Shown here piece after piece: positions 37,711 to 64,000 of a stretch of 64,000 bases of DNA. The notes under the pieces were generated by a model that saw only the letters and a program-made list of their open reading frames with translations, made no database searches and was not told the DNA's origin. The stretch is from the human T2T-CHM13v2.0 reference genome, Homo sapiens: NCBI RefSeq assembly GCF_009914755.1, contig NC_060928.1; one strand, given 5' to 3'. Made by a program: the position numbers and the translations under genes. Each line of letters opens with the position of its first letter. Within the stretch, counting starts at the first letter, position 1.

Positions 37711-39259
37711 CTATATGATGCTAGGCAAGTTACTAAGTTCCCTCAGCTTCTTTCCTCATTGATAAAAAGGCACAATTGCAGTTAGAACTGTTGCATACAT
37801 GGTTTTCAGCACAGGGCCTGACACACAAAGCACCACATAAATATAAACTATCGTGATTATTTTTAGACAGTATGGTCATAACGCAGACATCACTCTTCAC
37901 TGGGTGACAGGTACATAGCTTCCAGACATGGTTCCTAAGTGGAAATAAACTGTCTCCTTTGGAGTAGTTTTGGAAACCAAATCTATAAAGTGACAGTAAC
38001 TATCATAAACAAGGAACTGCCCTTTGAAAATTAGAAGAAAAATGTCCAGTGTAACAGAATAATATGGAGTTAAGGAAGGAGAGAAGGAAGAAAGGAAGGG
38101 AAGTGTGTGCACATACACCACACATGTGCACACACACATACACACAGAGCAAAAGCAGGGAATGAGACAATTTTTTAAAATGGGTATTCCAGTCCATATT
38201 TGCTCAGCACTAACAGTGTGCTTAAAGACTGAAAATTAGATAGAATCTTTATTTAAATTGTTTGTTCAATGGACAAATTAATGATAGTGTTCATTTCCCA
38301 AAGCTGCACATGTTTTCCATTAAGGATTATTTAACTAAACCTAAAATCTGGAAAAGGCCAGTAAAAGAAAAACAAAAAGATGGTCATGTAGTTAATCATA
38401 TTAATCATTTGCTTTCAAGGAGTGTATATGCTAATGGAAGAGACACAGGCAAAAAAGAATTTTAATATCACAGTAACACAATAAGGTTTCAGACAGATTT
38501 GTACAGGGTACAGTGAGAACAGAGGAAATGGGGAAATAATGTCAAACTACAGGTTCCAAATTCCTGGAGGAGATGACACCTAAGCTGAGTCTTGAAGGTG
38601 GTGGGTGGTGTAAGAATGAGCCAGCGAAGGAAGTGCAGTGGTTGACATAGCTGTCCTGGCAGAAGGAACAGCAAGAGCAAAGGGTGGGTGGCGGGGGGTG
38701 GGGGTGGGGGGGCGGGTGGCACAGCACTAACATGTGCTGGCAACCACAAGCAATTCAGTATTACCACAAGATCAAGTCTAAAGTAGAGCATGGCTTACAA
38801 TAGTGTGGTATCTCACAAAGGGGGGAAATGGCATTTAAAGAAATTTTTTCTTCAAGTTTTCCCACTGTATATAATAAACCCTAGAAAAAAATAAAATACA
38901 TTCTAGCAAAAATATTTGTTCAAATAAGCACTTTCATCTTAGAATACCTATTTCTATGGTGAGCAAAGACATTAAGTTTTTGAAATCTGGGCTTAACTTC
39001 CATAAATAGTCTGCATTTCCTCCCTACTTTTCTCTGTAAACTGAGATTTAAAGCATTTAAAAGCAGTACTTTTGGCTGAGCATGGTGGCTCATGCCTGCA
39101 ATCGCAGCACTTGAGGAGACTGAGGCAGGAGGATTGCTTGAGACTAGGAGTTCCATGCCAGCCTAGCCAACATAGCAAGACCCCCATCTCTAAATACATG
39201 CATACATACATACCTACATACATAAAAGCAGTATTTTTTTTTTTAACTGGCAGGAGTCT

Positions 39260-39620
39260 TGATATGGTTTGGCTCTGTGTCCCCACCCAAATCTTATCTT
39301 ATAGTTCCCATAATTCCTATGGGTTGTGGGAGGGACCCAGCTGGGAGATAACTGAATCATGGGGGTAGGTCTTTTCCATGCTATTCTCATGATAGTGAAT
39401 AAGTCTCATAAGATCTGATGGTTTTAAAAACAGGAGTTTCCCTGCACAGGCTTTCTGTCTTTGCCCTCTGCCATCCATGTAAGACATGACTAGCTCCTCC
39501 TTGCCTTCCACCATGATTGTGAGACCTCCTCAGCCATGTGGAACTGTAAGTCCGCTGAACCTCTTTTTCATCCCAGTCCCAGGTATGTCTTTACCAGCTG
39601 TGTGAAAACAAACTAATAGA
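39260..39620 (+). mobile_element. THE1-family MaLR solo LTR
   Basis: TGATATGGTTTGGCTCTGTGTCCCCACCCAAATCT start; CCTTGCCTTCCACCATGATTGTGAG; AAACAAACTAATA end. Confidence 0.92.
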
Positions 39621-39812
39621 GGTCTGATGACCTTTCCTATAAGATGTGAGATCTAAAAGAATCACAGCAGAAGCTGAGACAACACTTGTCATAGAAACCT
39701 GTAAAACTGACGAATGATTTGTAACTCTTTGCTTAGGAATACATTTTTCAAATCATTTTTGGAGAACTCAAATGTGAGGGCTAAACATCATTGCTAATTT
39801 TATGGGCACACA

Positions 39813-40502
39813 TGTAGGCTAAACACTCCTAAAAGCAATAACTTAACCATGCCCTGAGAGTGACCCGTATGACAGATGCTCCTGAATGTGTGCTCTGAGC
39901 TAGGGAATCCAGGAGTGGCCAACTTGGAGATACACTCCTTGTCTATGATAAATAACTGAGCCCCTGGCCTGTCCTGTGGAACATGGGCCATACAAGGGTT
40001 TGAGGCCCTGAGTTTTGTGTTAAATGAAGGTGGCCAAGTGAAAGCTATTAGGAGGGTGTTAAGTTAAAAATGCTATATAAAATGCATAATGTTTGCAGGT
40101 GGCTGCAGTTTTCCTGCCCAGCCTGCTGCCACTGGGCTATGCAGTTACACTGTGCTGCCCATGGTCACTGAACTGTAGGAAGGTGCATACTGCCACTGGA
40201 CTCTCTCCCCTGTATGTAACCCCCTAATAAAACTCTACGTCTCATTTTGCTGGCTTATGGTCTCTTCTTTGGCTTCTTGAACCTGGTGCCTTCCTTCTTT
40301 TTTTTTTTAATAGAGAACAGAGAGTTTATTTTTAAATATTTTTCTTTCTTAGTAGAGATGGGGTTTTACCATGTTAACCTGGCTGGTCTCAAACTCGTGG
40401 TCTCAAGTGTTCCACCTGCCTCAGCCTCCCAAAGTGCTGGGATTACAGGCGTAAGCCACCACACCCGGCCCCCATTAAGATTGATAGAGGTTCGGCACAA
40501 CA
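39813..40502 (+). mobile_element. ERV solo LTR (LTR32-like, family tentative) with an inserted antisense Alu fragment (~40335-40470)
   Basis: TG...CA termini, TATATAAA at 40074, AATAAA at 40226. Confidence 0.65.
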
Positions 40503-41137
40503 TCAGGGAAGTAGTATCCAGTGAAGGGAGCATATTTATGGCTATTTTGTTTGTTGTGTGTATTTTAAATGTCACAGAGCCTCTGTTTTCAATGCTTTGA
40601 ATGCTCTGTTTTCAATGTTCCAGTTGGCCTCGATCAAAGATATCAATCTCATAACCCAGTCACTCTGTGAGCAACTGAGACTTATTTTGGGGAAGAGGAC
40701 ACAGCACAAAACCTGCATCCCCTGCCCCTTTCCTTACCCTCTCCAAGGCACCTGAATGTTCAAATACATTAGGTAAGGCCTGATTCACAAAAATCCTCCT
40801 TGTCCTTTACTCTGAAGGGCAAAAACCTTGGATGATCCATAAAAAGAAATTCCACAGGGAACAGATTTCTGTAAAAACTACTTTGCCATGTTTAGCAAGA
40901 ATTCCACTAGCTCGTTTGAGAATGGTAAGTGTGCAGAGAGAAGAAATTGCTAAGGAAACGATGAGTAAATTATATGGTACTTGATAGTGTACTTCAAAAG
41001 CATGACAATCAATCCATGACTGCTGATATAAATAATTCAGAAGACATATTCTTACATTTCCTTGTAGGTGTAAAAACACTACTTCATCCCTAGCTATATG
41101 TTTACTCATTAGTCTTTCCTCCTATTAAACACTCCTA

Positions 41138-43685
<2,548 letters not shown>

Positions 43686-43794
43686 TGAGTTTCATTCTGC
43701 TACCCCCACCCCCGACCTCCACCTATTTATTACTCACTGCTTACCTTCTCTGTATGAGCAGCGCTCAACAGGAGTCTGGGATTGGGGGATGAAT

Positions 43795-44052
43795 ACGGTG
43801 ATTCCCAAACTTGGTTGCACGTTGAAATCACCTGGGGAACTTTGAAAGCTACTGATGCCCGAGTCCTACCTCTACAGATTCTATTTAATTGGCTGGGGTG
43901 CAATATAGGTATACAAATTTTTTTAAAGCTCTCCGGGAACCAAAGTCCAGACACATTATATATTGATATAATACACTGATACATTACCTAAACACACACA
44001 CACATACACACGCATACTCCTCAGGTGATTCTAATATGCAGCCCAAATTGAA
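43795..44052. mobile_element. MER5-family MITE with an internal insertion
   Basis: GGTGATTCCCAAACTTGGTTGCACGTTGAAATCACCTGGGGA ... CAGGTGATTCTAATATGCAGCC. Confidence 0.7.
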
Positions 44053-44427
44053 AGAATTTTTAGTGATTTTCCCAAAGAACTGAAAATCTAAATTCTCTGC
44101 CATTTATTAGTTCTGTGATGTGTAAAACTATTTAATCTCTCGGAACTTCAAGTATGACTTTGAGACATACCTAGGGCATATTAGGTTTTTAAAAAATGTT
44201 AGCTGCCTTTCCTTTTGTCTTTCCCTTCAAAAATTGGAGAATTTTATTTTTCAAAAAAGCAATTGTGTTGTCACTATTATGTTCCTTTCTGTTCTTCAGA
44301 ACCCTGTGCCTAGTGCTTGCTCTCTAACGTAAGTTAAGGAACCTCTTGTGCTCTGGCTTCCTGGAACCTTGGATTTGTAGATTGAGAATCTGATCTCTGC
44401 CTTGGCTGACCTCTCAGGATTTGGTAA

Positions 44428-44737
<310 letters not shown>

Positions 44738-44976
44738 TCAGTTCTTTTCTGATTCTGGTTTTCCCTTTTCATGCTGTCTTTACCGCTGCTGAAAAGCCAA
44801 GCATGCCATGTAACAGGCTTTGCATTGTATCTTTATGAAGTAGGAATTCGTATTTAGATCAACAAGGAGAATGAAATTGGGCAGTCTAGATAATGGGCTA
44901 TGAAGAAAAAAAGGAAAAGTCATGAGAACACAAGGTGTCAAGCAACATGGAGGGTCTTGAAGGGGTTTCTAGAGAG

Positions 44977-46190
<1,214 letters not shown>

Positions 46191-46446
46191 CTAAAGAGAC
46201 AGGGCTTCCCTAAACTAGATGTTCAGTAACTATTTAGTAAATGAATGAATTAAAGTGGAAAAGACGGAGAAAAACGTGGAAGAAGAGGATGAGGAGAATC
46301 CCTCTATTAATAACACTCACAATAGTAGGTGTGGAAGGCCTCAAATAGCACATTGATAAGTTTGGACTGTGGCCTGAAGTACAAGGTACCTGAAGGTACT
46401 TTCCCATGCAACAACATGATCAGGACGAGTGTTTAAAAATATTTTA

Positions 46447-46943
<497 letters not shown>

Positions 46944-47820
46944 TCAGATGGCACTAGCAGACAGGATGGGCTAAAGACTGCGACATCACATCCAGAAGTA
47001 ACAGCCGAAGGGGTTTTCAGTAGATTTGGACAGGAAGCGATAAGGACATGAAGGAAACTGGAGCAGCAAGACAAGAAAGGCAGGACTGTGAGAAGAGGTA
47101 ATCGTCAAGACCCGATGAATATCCGGGAGAATGGCCCTGTGGCTCAAGAGCCAGTATCCAGAAGACTCAACCACTGTAGATAGGAACTCAGCACTGATGG
47201 GCTTGGGAAAAAACACAACAGGATTTGGTTGTCAGGGAAGAGACATGGTAAAACTAATCAACATTTCAGGGCCTAAACAAAAAAGGCATCAGACCTGGAG
47301 GGAGAGTGAAGTTACTGGGCAGTAATAACAGCAGCACCCAGGACCCAAGGAGGGAAGGCTGTGTGGCTGCAGCCACTCAGGTGCCCCAGGGTCCATTCAG
47401 GCCTGCCTGATTTGCGGCAATCAGACTCAATTCTAAGATCCACATAAGCTGTAATCCTTCTCAGTTGCTGCCATGATTGTCTCCTGCACTGGGCAGGTCT
47501 GTGCCTGGAGGTGACAGGTACAGGTGTCTAGGGTCTGAGGGTCAAGACAGAAGCTGGGCTAAGAAGTCTAAGGTAAGCAAAGTCAACCTGGACCTCCCCA
47601 GAAATTAGCCAAAAATGTGGGTATGGGACTTAGGAAAAAAGTTAGGCTTGAAATAGAGATTTGGGAGCAATCTCCCAAGAGCTGAAGCCAAGAAGAGAGT
47701 GCCAAGAGAAACACAGATGACTGTCAAAGCCTATAGAGGAGCCACATTTAAGGGAGGGAGGGAAAGGAGGCAGCTACTCTGGCAGTCAAAGACGCATACA
47801 CAAAAGCCCAAAACACCTGA

Positions 47821-50109
<2,289 letters not shown>

Positions 50110-50155
50110 TTATACATTTTTATATATAAGTATAAATACACTCAACTTCACTAAT

Positions 50156-50565
50156 TGTAGAAGACAGAATAATGGCCCTCCCAAAGGTGTCCATGTTCTA
50201 ATCCACAGACCTGTGAATATATTTCCTTACAGAACAAAAAGGGACTTTGCAGCTATGATTAAATTAAGAATCTTCAGATGGGGAGTTTATCCTGAAATAT
50301 CTAGGGGAGCCCACTGTAATACAGAGAGTCCTCATAACAAGGAGACAAGAGTGTTAATGTTAGAGAGAAGGCTATGTGAGGAAGGAAGCAGCCAGTGAAG
50401 GAGATATAATGACATCATGTTGGTGGCTCTGAAGACGAAGGAAGGAGCCATGAGCCAAGAAATGCAGGTGGCTTCTAGAATCTGGGAAGGGCAAGGAAAC
50501 CAATTCTTTCCTAGAGCCTTCAGAAGGAAGCAGCCCTGCTGACACCTAGAGGTTAGCCCATTGAC
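50156..50565 (+). mobile_element. MLT1D-like MaLR LTR (3'-truncated)
   Basis: CAGAATAATGGCCCTCCCAAAG...GGGACTTTGCAG...CTAGAGCCTTCAGAAGGAA-GCAGCCCTGCTGACACC. Confidence 0.85.
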
Positions 50566-50834
50566 TATGCCCGGAAAACACTCAACATACCATCTGATCC
50601 CACTTTAAATTCTTGCCTACTGACTTCCAGTGGGCTGGAAGGGGTCCCTATCTCCGCCAACACTACAATAATGCAATATTTCCCACCAATTTACCCTCCT
50701 ACTCTCCTAGACAGCTATTTTACAGCTTCTGAGCTTTCCTCAAATCTCCCAACTTCTCTTTTGGGTCATGCTGTTTGCTGGAGGGAGGGACTTCACCACA
50801 TACTTACGAAGGGGTCATGAGCAACCAGAACTTC

Positions 50835-53855
<3,021 letters not shown>

Positions 53856-53986
53856 TGTTTTATATTTTAGCTACTTGTTTGAAGGCTTTTGGACTCAAAC
53901 ACAAATACTGATACAATTTTGGAGAATAATTTTATCCACTTATATTCTACCCACTGGAATACTCTATAGATGAGAAAGATAGACCT

Positions 53987-54742
53987 TGAAGAGGTCCAGA
54001 ATATGCCACTATGGCATAAAAACTATTTCAAGCAGAAGGTATTTGAGCTTCTGGGATCTTACCTATCTAAAAGCAGAGTCTCCCAGTATAATTCAATTGT
54101 TATCAGTTCCCTCCCTGGGAGCAACCAGGGAAGACTGGCTCTTATCACAGAAGATGAGATGTCTCCATACCACACCTAAACAGATATTGTCACAGAACTA
54201 CCATATCTCCCATGTATTCTTCTAAAGGCCCTTTTAAATCATTTATTTTCCTATAAGTGCCGTTCCCCCCTACCTTAAGATGGTATATAAACCCCCCAAT
54301 TTTTTTTTTTTTTTTTTTTTTGAGACAGGGTCTGGCTCTGTTGCCCAGGCTGGAATGCAGTGACACAATCTTGGCTTACTGTAATTTCCATCTCCCAAGT
54401 AGCCGGGCTTACGGGCACATGCCATCACACCCGGCTAATTCTTATATTTTTTGTAGAGATGGGGTTTTGCCATGTTGCCTAGGCTGGTCTTGAACTCCTG
54501 AGCTCAAGCAACCCACCGCCTGGGTCTCCCAAAGTGCTGGGATTACAGGCGTGAGCCACCACGCCTGGACCCCCGAATTCTAACCACCTCTTTGAGTTAC
54601 ATTGTTCTGTGAACTCCTGTAAATGCATTAACTAAGATGTACAATTGAATTTTGTCTTTTCTCTTGCTAGTCTATCTTTTGTCATAATTTGCAGGCCCCC
54701 AGGAATGGAAACTAAGAGGTTAAAGGAACAGTTTTTCTATAC
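53987..54742 (+). mobile_element. MER34-family ERV1 solo LTR interrupted by an antisense Alu (~54300-54570)
   Basis: TGAAGAGGTCCAGAATATGCCACTATGGCATAA start, GGTATATAAACC TATA box, CA end. Confidence 0.72.
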
Positions 54743-55615
54743 AGGTGCAACTATAGAAGCAAGCATTATGCATGGTTACATTAGCATCACTATTTGTGAT
54801 GAATCTATAGCAAGGCAATTACTGCCATGGATGTCCCTACCTATGCCATCAACCCTGGAATTTGGAAATAAGAAAGGCATCAGACACAGCAGAGATTTGG
54901 CAAGGGACATGAAAGAGACTTCCAAATGCTTCCATGAAGTAAACTGCACTATAACCAGACTGCAATGTAAATATATCAACAGAAGGAGTCAGTGAGACCC
55001 TAAAAGGATAAGAAGGAGCCCAGGGAACAGCTTTGGAGTGATTTCTGGATGCATTATCTGGGGCAAGGGCCACTTGGCCACTCCATTGGAATACTATGAT
55101 CTCCATATCAGGGAGGAGTCGAGGCTCCTAAACTCCCTCAGCTGAAGGACACTCCTTAAAATCACCCACATTCTTTTGTTGCGATGCTAAGTAGGCACTC
55201 AGTAAATGCTTACTGAATGCATGAAGAAGGCTCCTCCAGGCAGCCTTCTGATTGTAATCTGGCTTCCCTGTAACTTCCTATGGGGAGAATGTGCAGACAG
55301 GAGGAGTCTCTTCCTTCAGACAGTTAACATTTCTTCTTACACATTAACAAATGATCAAACACGAGTGTGGTGCAAGGTTCAGATAGCAAAAGCAGATTTC
55401 ACAGGGCTTAAACAGTGTCTGCACCAGTGATGAGAACCAGACAGCACTCCAGGACCAGACACTGCGGAGGCAGCAGCCAGCACCCCACAACACTCCACCT
55501 CTCAAAAGTCCCCCAATCCACACCACTTACCCTTAGTCACGTATGCAACTTCTACTGGTTTCCCCCAACCCCTAGACCTTTAATTGAATAAATATTTACT
55601 AAATGTCTACAAAGG

Positions 55616-55716
55616 GCCAGTCCTAAAATGTATACGACTGTGAAATAGACAAACAGGGTTTTTAGCCAGTCCTAAAATGTATACGACTGTGAAATAGACA
55701 AACAGGGTTTTTAGCC
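55616..55716. repeat. Perfect 49-bp tandem duplication
   Basis: GCCAGTCCTAAAATGTATACGACTGTGAAATAGACAAACAGGGTTTTTA x2, then GCC. Confidence 0.98.
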
Positions 55717-56117
55717 TCTTGAGGATTGAGGTCCCCTCAGCTGGGGATACAAGATAGCAAGAGGTGAGTTTAAGACAATGGATAAAAGCAATGCTAGAGG
55801 CATATGGGAGCACCAGATTCTGACAGAGTGGGAGAGAAGTCTTCCAGACTGAAAACTGAAGAATAAGCAGGCACCAGGATGTGGATGGAAAATGATCCTG
55901 AGCTTACCTTTCATTCATAATTTCCTTCCTTCTTTGGCTATCTATTTGATTCATAAGATGTTTCCAAGGTCATTTCATTTTCTTATTATTAGAGTTTAAT
56001 TAAATGATAATTTAACCTAAATATAATTTCATTTTACCACGATGTTTCTAGGGTATCTCAGAGTAAATGCTTCTTTTGATTGATAAATAAATTTTAGATC
56101 TTAAGCAAAATGCATAG

Positions 56118-57061
<944 letters not shown>

Positions 57062-57097
57062 TAATTTTTTATCTCTAGGCCTGCCCTGAGATTTAAG

Positions 57098-57252
57098 CCT
57101 GTTCAACCCACAACCCAGGACAGCTTTGAATGTGGCCACAAATTCATATGCTTTCTTAAAACATTGAGATTTTTTTTTTAGTTCATCGGCTATCATTAGT
57201 TTTAGTGTATTTTATGTGTGACCCAGGGAAGCCAAAATATTGGACACCCCTG
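57098..57252. mobile_element. MER30-like hAT MITE
   Basis: CCCAGGACAGCTTTGAATGTGGCC...CCCAGGGAAGCCAAAATATTGGACACCCCTG. Confidence 0.85.
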
Positions 57253-58379
57253 ATCTAAACCCATTGCCACACTTGGGGAAAAACATGCCCAGAGGGGATA
57301 ATCTTTCCCCTCCCCAGTGGAGGGCTCAGGTCCATTAAACTGCCTGACCTCCCAGCATTCGGGTTCCTCAGAGATGCAGATAGCCCATTTCACAAAACAG
57401 AATGCCCACAAAAGCCTGGGCTGCGCCTACAGGCTACCTGGGAGGTACAGGCCCACACAGAGAAACAAGAGGTGGCAACCTACAGTAAATCATGTTTTAC
57501 CATTTCAACAGAAGTCTGGAATTATAGACCAGAGCCATATTAAGTCAAATTCCTACTTTCCAGTGGATTTTCCTGTGTATTGTCTCTAGTCGCTTCCCTG
57601 TGGTGATCAGATGTAAAGCTTATTTTGAAAAATAAAAGGCCTGCACAGGTCAGGGAGTGGGTTGGGAGAGCCAGAGAAGAGCACATTCCACCCTACAGGA
57701 GGCCTGGAGGAGGGAGGCCTTCCAGGAAAGATGGATGGCAGGGAAGGCAGGCTGGGAAGGAGAGTGAGGGACAAAGGCATCAGGGCTGAGTAGTGGAAAG
57801 GCCGTCCCTCCAGAAGTTCTGCCACAGCCACATTCAGGATCTCCTAAGTGAGCTAGGCGGGGGCCTTAAAAAGAACGGGTAGGAGGTTAACACACTTACT
57901 GTGGAAGTGGGCTATGAAGAAAGAACAGGTGTAACAGCCTCTCAACATCTATAGACCAGCAAATGCCATAAAATTTTACTGCCCTTAAAACTCATGGATA
58001 ATATTTATTTAGTGAGCATAGGAACAGTGACTGGAATAATGAATACTTGCTATGTGTCAGGCACTATTTCTAGTTCTTCCCATACACAATATATATACAT
58101 ATACATATATATGTATACACACACATAACATTATATATGTCTCCACTCATTTAATCCTCTCAACAATCCTATTGTTACCAGAAAGGAGTGACACTATGAG
58201 GTTGGTTCTATTATTATTTCCATTTTACAGATGATGATATAGGCTCACAGAGGTTAAGTAACCAGATGTAACTCATAGGTGAGTGCTTTGGAAACTCTAC
58301 TAAGATCCTACTTACACTTGAACTTCAGCTATTCTTATAAACCTGGATATTGAGGCAGCATTGTGTTTTTGTTTTTGCT

Positions 58380-59763
<1,384 letters not shown>

Positions 59764-60816
59764 TTAAGTTTTTGCTATAAAGGATCATTAATGGTTAGCT
59801 TTATTATAATCCGGTGGTTTAACAAATCAATGTAGAAAAATGTTGATTGGGCCTTAGTCCTGTCAAAGATAAATTTTATGAAATTAAAATGAACTTGCAT
59901 TTTTCAAACTTTGTGGCATTTACTTAGAGCAGAACTGGATTTACTGAAAGCAGAATATATTATTCAATATTACACATTAATTTTCAGAATAAAAATGTAA
60001 ACATTAATTTAATTAACTCATTGGGTTTTTTAAACTACTGTTACTACAAATGACCTGCTTTTCAGCCAATATATACATAAAATGAGATTTATTTCATAGT
60101 AAATTCCATGTATATGTAATTAACAGACCCTCTATAACCAACTATGTGCATCGACAAAGTGTTACTTACTGTGCTGTGTGCTGAAATGGTTGCCCTCTGC
60201 TAGAGGGATAGGTATTGCCTTAGGGAAGTACCCTTTTCAATTTCAAACCAGAAAACTAGGAACTGTCAGGGAAGGTGTTAAGAAGGCTGTCAGGACCTTT
60301 TCCTTGCCCTGTCTCTTGGCCTAGTCTTGAGGAATCTAGGTGAATACCCTTCTTCCCCACTAGACTTGGCTCTTACAAAGAACTTGGCAAACATGTTTTG
60401 TTCTACTCTAGCCCCTACCATCAAGCCTGGCTAATGATTCCTTGGATGCTGGGAGTAAAGAGGGCCCAGTATGCATGAATAGCCCAAGACCTAGGAAGAC
60501 AGGGATCCCCGTGAGCTGCAGAGGGTAAACAAATTCTATAAGCCACATGATCTTGATTGACGTCACTCTCACTCATAGAATTTATTTCTCCTAGCAGCTA
60601 GAACCCAGCTCAGCTGTAGACTAGATAATAATTCACAGCAACTGGTCCACAGCCTTAAAGGGGGAAGCAGTGCCTCCTAGAGGCAATTATGCTGGTGGAA
60701 GCAGTAATTTGTGAGACCTGAGGAGATGGTCCATACATCTTGGGGAATACAATAATGATAATATGGTCCGGTTGAACCTCTCCACTGGGATCTTCTCCAT
60801 TAAGTTACAAAGTTTG

Positions 60817-63870
<3,054 letters not shown>

Positions 63871-64000
63871 GGAAAGGAAGAATGAAAGGGAAGGAGAAAG
63901 AGATGGTACCAAAGAGGATGGGATGAAATTCAGGCTCGGGCATCAGCTGCAACATGGAGCCCCTTGGGTCTCTCCTCCCTAGCAAACTAGTAGTTTTGTT

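Noticed and set aside
54812-54859. Peptide KAITAMDVPTYAINPG resembling the histone H4 C-terminus (KTVTAMDVVYALK)
   Set aside because: Similarity limited to ~8 residues and does not extend clearly; likely chance. tBLASTn with H4 would settle it
55616-55716. Direct repeats as a CRISPR-like array
   Set aside because: Two abutting copies without spacers in eukaryotic DNA

Overview
Primate (human-like) genomic DNA, very Alu-rich. The left 26 kb holds the 5' two-thirds of G3BP2 (stress-granule nucleator) on the minus strand. A CpG-island promoter with non-coding first exon(s) lies at ~24.6-25.9 kb. Eight coding exons (14152 down to 766) splice by GT-AG in consistent phase into the NTF2-like, acidic and PxxP regions (928 coding nt); the RRM/RGG exons lie beyond the left edge. 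The right 38 kb has no recognisable protein-coding gene: Alu, MIR/L2/L1 remnants, MaLR/ERV solo LTRs, hAT and Tigger MITEs, and a few unique stretches. Almost all ORF-track entries are Alu or GC-content artefacts. I found no new multi-gene system. The best leads are unverified G3BP2 regulatory candidates: (1) a stop-free, Arg-rich non-AUG N-terminal extension frame that an alternative exon-1 donor closes with TAG; (2) a perfect cryptic donor beside a UG tract (TDP-43-type cryptic exon); (3) a Y4 RNA retrocopy with a nested Alu next to the start-codon exon; (4) candidate poison-exon and intronic poly(A) sites; (5) a CpG-retaining distal candidate exon; (6) paired CTCF-like motifs. Repeat subfamily names and boundaries were assigned by eye and are approximate.
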